Below, one piece after another: positions 58,405-64,000 of a stretch of 64,000 nucleotides of DNA. Source of the DNA: a virus. The DNA is taken from the IMG/VR virus record IMGVR_UViG_2721755455_000009; one strand, 5' to 3'. Position numbers and translations under genes: made by a program. Below the pieces are notes generated by a model. The model was not told the origin of the DNA. It ran no database searches and worked only from the letters and a program-made list of their open reading frames with translations. How positions within the stretch are numbered: position 1 is the stretch's first letter; every line of letters begins with the position of its first letter.

Positions 58405-61400
58405 ATGAGCCAGACCAAGATCTACGACCGCTTCGACGCCGGCAAGCGCTACGACAGGCTGCAGTTCGCGGCCGACCGCGTGCTGCAATCGGCCGAACTC
58501 AACGAGCTGCAGAGCATGCAGCAGCACCGCCTGCGCGGCATCACCGATGTGCTGTTCAAGGAGGGCGACATCGTCCGCGGCTGCCAGTGCATCACCTCCG
58601 CCGACACGGGCGCCACCACCATCGAGGCCGGCGCACTCTACGTGGCCGGCGCCGTGCGCGGCATCACGCCGGGCACGCTCACCGTGGCCACCGTGGGCAC
58701 GGTCTACGTGGGCGCCTACCTGCAGACCGATACCGTCACCGAGCTGCAGGACCCCGAACTGCTCAACCCCGCCGCCGGCACGCGCGGCTATGGCGAGCCC
58801 GGTGCGCTGCGCGAGCGCGTCACCCTGGTCTGGGGCGCGCAGGGCGACGGCACGGCCGGCACCTTCTATCCCGTGTGGACCATCATCGACGGCTCGGTCA
58901 TGCCCAAGGAGCCGCCGCCCAACATCGACGCCGTCACCCAGGCCCTGGCCCGCTATGACCGCGACAGCGCGGGCGGCACCTACGTGGTGCGCGGCCTGGA
59001 CGTGATCATGGGCGAGGACCTGGCCACCGGCCAGCAGGTCTACACCGTGCGCGAGGGCGCCGCCCGCGTCAACGGCCATCCGCTGGAACTGGGTGCCAGC
59101 CGCCGCCTGGTCTACGAGGCCAAGCCCGACCTGTTCTTCGTGGACAGCGAGCCCCACACCTCGGCCGGCACGGCCGCCCAGCGCATCCGCTTCGACCGCC
59201 AGCCCGCTGTCGGCACACCCCAGGTGCGCGTGCAGGCCCGCAAGACCGTCACGCTCACGCATGGCGGCTTCACGGGCGCGGCCGACCCGCTGCCCGACAA
59301 CGCCGTGCTGGCCGTGGACAGCGTGGTCCAGGCCGGCACCACCTACGTGCAGGGCACTGACTGGAAGCTGGTGGGCGGCCAGATCGACTGGAGCCCCTCG
59401 GGCGCCGAGCCCGTGCCCGGCAGCACCTACCAGGTCACCTACCAGTACATGCTCAACGCCACGCCCACGGCCGTGGACTCCACGGGCTTCACCGTGGAAG
59501 GCGCGCTCAAGGACACCCTGGTACTGGTCAGCTACCACTACGCGCTGCGCCGCTACGACCGCCTGGTGCTCAACAGCGAAGGCCAACTGCAATGGGTGCC
59601 CGGCGTGCCCGCTGCCTGGTCGCCCAAGGTGCCGGCCGCACCCAGTGGCACCCTGGCCCTGGCATCGGTCTACCAAAGCTGGGACAGCAACCGCCGCGTG
59701 GACCAGGACGCCGTGCGCGTCGTGCCCATGCAGACCCTCAAGGCCTACCAGGACCACATCCAGACCATCTACGCCGACCTGGCCGAGCTGCGGCTGTCGG
59801 TGGACGTGTCGGGGCGGCACAGCGGGGTCAAGAAGGGGTTGTTTGCGGATCCGATGCTGGACAACGGCCTGCGCGATGCGGGACGTGCGCAGACCGGCCA
59901 TATCCTGGGCGGGCATCTGCGCCTGCCGCTGAATGTGCAACTGCACCAGATCGGCACCGACATCACCACCCCCCAGACCACGCCCTACCAGGCCGTGCCC
60001 GTGCTCAGCCAGCTGGGCCGCACAACCACCATGCTGGTCAATCCCTACGGGGCCTTTGACCCACTGCCCAGTTCCATCAAACTCACCCCTGCCGTGGACT
60101 ACTGGACCGAGGTGCAGACCACCTGGGCCAATCCCATCATCGAGAGCTTCTGGAGCGGCGAGTCCGAGCGCGTGCTCTCGGACACATCCAAGAACATCGA
60201 GTTCCTGCGCCAGATCGATGTGCAGTTCTGGATCGACTTCCCCGTGGGCGAAACGCTGACGGAAGTGAGCTTCGATGGCATCGCCGTCACGCCCGAGCCT
60301 TTGGCCGGCGGCACGCTGGTGGCCACGGCACAAGGTCTGAAAGGCAAGTTCAAAATCCCGGCTCGCGTGCCTGCAGGCATCAAGGCCGTGCGCTTCACAG
60401 GCCGAGGCGGCAGCCATGCAGAAACCATCTTCACCGGTCAAGGCACGCTGCGCAGCCGTACGCTGGCCTCCGTTGTGGTCGTCGTCATATGGCCCACCGG
60501 CTGGGATCCGCTGGCCCAGACCTTCACGCTGAGCACCACGCGCGAAGTCTGCGGAACACGCCTGTGGTTCACGACTCCGGGCAAAGAGGACGTGCAGGTG
60601 CAGCTGCGCGAAGTCACTGGCGGCGTGCCCTCGCGCGGCGTTATTGCCGAATGCGTGCTCAAGCCTGAGCAGATCCGCGCCGACATCGCCGCAGGCAAGC
60701 CCACTCTTGCTCAGTGGGCGCCCCAGCTGCTGGAAGCCGGCGTCGAATACGCCATCGTCATCCTCACCAACGACATGACCACCGCCGTGGCCGTGGCCGA
60801 ACTCGGTGGCTGGGACCAGGCCCGCGCGCAATGGGTCACCAGCCAGCCCTACAGCGTGGGCGTGCTGCTGTCCAGCAGCAACGCCAGTACCTGGACGCCA
60901 CACCAGACGCGCGATCTCGCCTTCGAACTGCTGGCGGCTGAACACACGGCCAACACCCGCACCATCGAACTGGGCAGCTTTGCCGTTCAGGACGCCACTG
61001 ACCTCATGGTGCAGGCCGGGGCCATGCTGCCTGCCGCAGACTCTCAAGTGGTCTTTGCCATGCAGTTGGAGGATGGAACAACGTTGGAAGCTGCAGCCGG
61101 CCAGCCCGTGCAACTGGCCAGCCGGTACAACGGAGAAGTGGCCGTGCGCGCCAAGCTCTCGGGCAACACCCAACTGGCAGCCCATCTGCTGCCCGGCATG
61201 CAACTGGCCGCAGCCAGCCTGCAAAACACCGGCGACTACATCAGCCCCACCATCAACGCCGGCAGCAACACCACGCTCAGCGTCGTGGCCGAGGCCCTGC
61301 TGCCCGCCGGCAGCTCCCTGGCCGTGCAGATGCAGGCCGAGGGCAGCAGCACCTGGGTGAACGTCCCCTACCTGAGCACCAGCCCGCAGACGGCAGGCGT

Positions 61401-61521
61401 GCTGGAGATCACCTACCGCCTGGCCGGCATCAACTCCGAGCGCCTGCGCGTCCGCCTGGTGCTCACTGGCAGCCATAGCGCCCGTCCCCAGGTCACCAAC
61501 CTGCGAGCCATCGTGATATGA
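58405..61521 (+). CDS. Large virion structural protein (DUF4815-like)
   Basis: YDRFD..K.Y, LQSAELNE.Q, DPLAQTF and LL.SSN..TWT motifs. Confidence 0.82.
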   Translation: MSQTKIYDRFDAGKRYDRLQFAADRVLQSAELNELQSMQQHRLRGITDVLFKEGDIVRGCQCITSADTGATTIEAGALYVAGAVRGITPGTLTVATVGTVYVGAYLQTDTVTELQDPELLNPAAGTRGYGEPGALRERVTLVWGAQGDGTAGTFYPVWTIIDGSVMPKEPPPNIDAVTQALARYDRDSAGGTYVVRGLDVIMGEDLATGQQVYTVREGAARVNGHPLELGASRRLVYEAKPDLFFVDSEPHTSAGTAAQRIRFDRQPAVGTPQVRVQARKTVTLTHGGFTGAADPLPDNAVLAVDSVVQAGTTYVQGTDWKLVGGQIDWSPSGAEPVPGSTYQVTYQYMLNATPTAVDSTGFTVEGALKDTLVLVSYHYALRRYDRLVLNSEGQLQWVPGVPAAWSPKVPAAPSGTLALASVYQSWDSNRRVDQDAVRVVPMQTLKAYQDHIQTIYADLAELRLSVDVSGRHSGVKKGLFADPMLDNGLRDAGRAQTGHILGGHLRLPLNVQLHQIGTDITTPQTTPYQAVPVLSQLGRTTTMLVNPYGAFDPLPSSIKLTPAVDYWTEVQTTWANPIIESFWSGESERVLSDTSKNIEFLRQIDVQFWIDFPVGETLTEVSFDGIAVTPEPLAGGTLVATAQGLKGKFKIPARVPAGIKAVRFTGRGGSHAETIFTGQGTLRSRTLASVVVVVIWPTGWDPLAQTFTLSTTREVCGTRLWFTTPGKEDVQVQLREVTGGVPSRGVIAECVLKPEQIRADIAAGKPTLAQWAPQLLEAGVEYAIVILTNDMTTAVAVAELGGWDQARAQWVTSQPYSVGVLLSSSNASTWTPHQTRDLAFELLAAEHTANTRTIELGSFAVQDATDLMVQAGAMLPAADSQVVFAMQLEDGTTLEAAAGQPVQLASRYNGEVAVRAKLSGNTQLAAHLLPGMQLAAASLQNTGDYISPTINAGSNTTLSVVAEALLPAGSSLAVQMQAEGSSTWVNVPYLSTSPQTAGVLEITYRLAGINSERLRVRLVLTGSHSARPQVTNLRAIVI

Positions 61522-62057
61522 CATTGCACGACGACAAGACAGCGCAGGGCTGGCCCTTGCCCCATCCCGACAACCGGCTCGAGGACGACGTGCTGCGGCT
61601 GCGCCAGGCGGTGCAGGACGTGGACCAGGCGCTGACCGCAGCGCGCCAGCTCATCGGGACCAAGGCCAGTTCCCAGGGCGTGCAGGACGCAATGGACGTG
61701 GTGGCTCACCGCATAGAGCAGCTGGAGACCGCTGCCCAGGCATTGAGCACCAGCAAGGTAGCCAGCGTCAACGGCGTGGCCGGCGTCAACGTCAAGCTCA
61801 ACCCGGAGCACATCGCGCTGGGCCCGGCCAACGGCGCCACCAGCGAAAGCTTCGGCTACGACGCCCAGGGCCGCATCAGCAGCATCACGCGCAGCGTCAA
61901 CGGCTTCAGCGCCACCACCGCCGTCAGCTACGACGGCGCCGGCCGCGTCTCCCAGCAGCAGACCAGCTACCGCGGGCGCGTGCGCACGGAAACCTATGCC
62001 TACGACGCCGCCACGGGGCGGGTGTCGGGGGTGAATGCCACGGAGGTGCAGGGATGA
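61518..62057 (+). CDS. Tail fibre/adaptor protein with C-terminal YD-like repeats
   Basis: N-terminal anchor motif, VASVNG..G.V, YDAQGRI / YDGAGRV / YDAATGRV. Confidence 0.7.
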   Translation: MTLHDDKTAQGWPLPHPDNRLEDDVLRLRQAVQDVDQALTAARQLIGTKASSQGVQDAMDVVAHRIEQLETAAQALSTSKVASVNGVAGVNVKLNPEHIALGPANGATSESFGYDAQGRISSITRSVNGFSATTAVSYDGAGRVSQQQTSYRGRVRTETYAYDAATGRVSGVNATEVQG

Positions 62058-62091
62058 ACCGCGCCCACTCCACCATGAATCGACCAAAGTC

Positions 62092-62733
62092 ATGACAGTC
62101 CACAACGACAAAACTCCCCAGGGCTGGCCGCTACCTCACCCGGAGAATCGGCTGGAAGAAGATGTTCTTCGCCTGCGCAGCGCGCTCAATGCCATCGATG
62201 GCGCCGTCCAGTACCTGGACCAGGCCCTGACCTCTCAGGCACAGACCTCAGCACTGGATCTTGCGGCTGTGCAGCAGACCCTGACCCAGTCCCTGAGTGC
62301 TGGCCTGCAAAGCACAGGCCAGCAAATCACTGCGCTGCAGAACGCGATTGCGACCAAGGCTGTCGATCTGCAAGCTGTCGCCAAGGCAAGCAACTCGACG
62401 CATGCCGTGGCTGGCCAAGTGGGGCTGACTCGCCTGCGCCAAGCCCACTCCTATAGCGAACTCAATGGCCAACCCCTGGAAGCGGGTGTGGAGTACTCCC
62501 TCTATGCCGCAATGTCCTACAGCCGTCCGTTGCCCGCAGCGCCTCAGTTGGGCGACAGTCTGGTACTCACCGACCCGTGGGGATTCTGGCAACGCGGCCA
62601 TTTCACACTCAAACGAGGCAACTCGCAGCACCTCATCAATGCACGGGCCGAAGACGTGGTCTTCAACATCAACGTCTGGCGCGTAACCCTCACGTATGCG
62701 TGGCAGAACAACTGGACGCTATCGATAGGATAA
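62092..62733 (+). CDS. Second tail fibre/adaptor protein
   Basis: Same N-terminal anchor as the upstream gene; LPAAPQLGD fibre motif. Confidence 0.7.
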   Translation: MTVHNDKTPQGWPLPHPENRLEEDVLRLRSALNAIDGAVQYLDQALTSQAQTSALDLAAVQQTLTQSLSAGLQSTGQQITALQNAIATKAVDLQAVAKASNSTHAVAGQVGLTRLRQAHSYSELNGQPLEAGVEYSLYAAMSYSRPLPAAPQLGDSLVLTDPWGFWQRGHFTLKRGNSQHLINARAEDVVFNINVWRVTLTYAWQNNWTLSIG

Positions 62734-62742
62734 GGAACCCAC

Positions 62743-63525
62743 ATGGCAAGACTGAGTGAATTCGAAGGCGGCAGACTGCTGCCTGTGCGATCCCAGCTGG
62801 TACTGTCTTCAACCAGCATCACGGTTGTCGATGAAGGCTGGGCCATTGTGGCTGGCATGGGCGGAGGCGCTGGCGGCAACAAGTCCTATGGACCTGGCAA
62901 TTCGGCTCCTTGGGGGGTGAAAGCCTTTTCAGTGGCTGCAGGCGATGTGATCGGCTTCGTGATCGGAGCAGGAGGTCAAGCAAGGACGACCGAGAATATC
63001 CCTTCGGCTCCAGGTGGCAACACGCTCATCACTGTCAACGGCAACGTCCTCATGACATGTCAGGGAGGCGATGCAGGGCCTAACACGGCACAAGGCGTCA
63101 GCCCTGTCACTGCAGCAATCATGGGTGCCGACTACTGGACCAAGGGTAGGCAACCACAGGGCAATCTTTCCTACGGAAATCTTGCGGGAGCGGCCGTGGA
63201 TGTGGGAAATGGTACGTACGGCAACGGTTCGACAGGAGACCATGCTGTCGATGCAAATGGAACGCTGATAGGTGTACCTGTAGGCTCCTATTTCTGGCCC
63301 TTTGACATCAGCTTTCACGGAACCCAGGCTGGTGACCCAGGTATAGGCACAAGCGTCGCCTCTCAATTGCCAGCCGGTCTATTCGGTGGCGGCAGCGGCC
63401 ATTCAGATGGATCGACACACACCCTACCCGGCCGCGGGGCATCAGCAGGCCGCACCGGCTACAACATCGTGCCCAGGAATGGCGGCGCCGGCCTCGCCCA
63501 CCTGCGCCTGTTCAAGCGAGTCTAG
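62743..63525 (+). CDS. Gly-rich tail fibre / receptor-binding protein
   Basis: GGGAGG and IGAGG Gly-rich motifs; lower GC; AAGGA SD. Confidence 0.68.
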   Translation: MARLSEFEGGRLLPVRSQLVLSSTSITVVDEGWAIVAGMGGGAGGNKSYGPGNSAPWGVKAFSVAAGDVIGFVIGAGGQARTTENIPSAPGGNTLITVNGNVLMTCQGGDAGPNTAQGVSPVTAAIMGADYWTKGRQPQGNLSYGNLAGAAVDVGNGTYGNGSTGDHAVDANGTLIGVPVGSYFWPFDISFHGTQAGDPGIGTSVASQLPAGLFGGGSGHSDGSTHTLPGRGASAGRTGYNIVPRNGGAGLAHLRLFKRV

Positions 63526-63530
63526 ACGCC

Positions 63531-63956
63531 ATGGCAATTATTGAAATCATCGACGGCGAAGGTTCCGTCGCCAACACCATCATGGCTGATGAGGCCTTCG
63601 CTCAGCAGCACTATCCAGATGCTTGGCGGGTGGCATCCATCCAGGATGCCCCGGCACCACTCCCGCAAGCCGTGCGCCACATCACCTCCCAGGCTCTACG
63701 CTGGCGCCTGACGGTTTCGGAGCGCGCCGCCATCGAATGGGCCGCCGTAGACCGCGCCGATGCAACTGAGGTTCAGCGCAAAAACGCAGCCACGCTGCGG
63801 TCCATGCTCAAGGATCAGGACCAGGCTCAGTTCGTCGACCTGGACGACAGCGGTGTGGCCAGCTACCTGCTGTTGATCGAGGACCTTCAACTGATCGCAC
63901 CAGGCCGCGCAAGCGAGATCCTCGGGGCACCCGTCCAGCCCGGCGAACGCCCCTGA
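63531..63956 (+). CDS. Tail fibre assembly/chaperone-like protein
   Basis: IT..A.R.RLT..ER.AI, FVDLDD, GRA.EIL..PV...ERP. Confidence 0.7.
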   Translation: MAIIEIIDGEGSVANTIMADEAFAQQHYPDAWRVASIQDAPAPLPQAVRHITSQALRWRLTVSERAAIEWAAVDRADATEVQRKNAATLRSMLKDQDQAQFVDLDDSGVASYLLLIEDLQLIAPGRASEILGAPVQPGERP

Positions 63957-63969
63957 CATCTCCACCTGC

Positions 63970-64000
63970 AAAAGCCCCGGCACCTATTGGGCGGCCGGGG
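63970..64000 (+). terminator. Probable terminator hairpin cut by the window end
   Basis: aaaagccccgg...ccgggg. Confidence 0.45.

Larger units (their letters stand above)
52916..64000 (+). mobile_element. Headless P2-like tail/lysis cluster (putative R-type tailocin or tail remnant), runs off the window
   Basis: X-holin-lysin-Rz/Rz1-R-V-W-J-I order with no capsid, portal, terminase or integrase upstream. Confidence 0.75.

Noticed and set aside
58378..61524. 1048-aa minus-strand ORF
   Set aside because: Mirror of the plus-strand structural gene; no motifs

Overview
GC-rich betaproteobacterial chromosome, probably Comamonadaceae (Delftia-like; inferred from sequence style only). It has three blocks. 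(1) ~1-45250: most of a temperate siphovirus-like prophage, apparently integrated at the 3' end of tRNA-Cys(GCA). It carries lysis, tail, lambda-type head and terminase genes, primase and helicase, a cro/cI switch with visible operators, an early-left operon, xis and int. Between xis and int sits an AT-rich, tightly coupled four-gene cargo operon (38726-43762): FAD oxidoreductase, HD dNTPase-like protein, orphan amino-methyltransferase, and a guanylate-kinase/dCTP-deaminase-fold/transmembrane fusion. I do not recognise this combination as a described system, and it is the best candidate for a new nucleotide-centred anti-phage system. (2) 45209-51741: host core genes tRNA-Cys, three tRNA-Gly, lon, clpX, clpP and tig. 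(3) 52255-64000: a headless P2-like contractile-tail and lysis cluster behind a LexA-box promoter, probably an SOS-inducible R-type tailocin, continuing beyond the window. Two single-base frameshifts in short C-runs (phage helicase, tig) look like sequencing errors. All product calls come from motif recognition by eye; no database searches were run.
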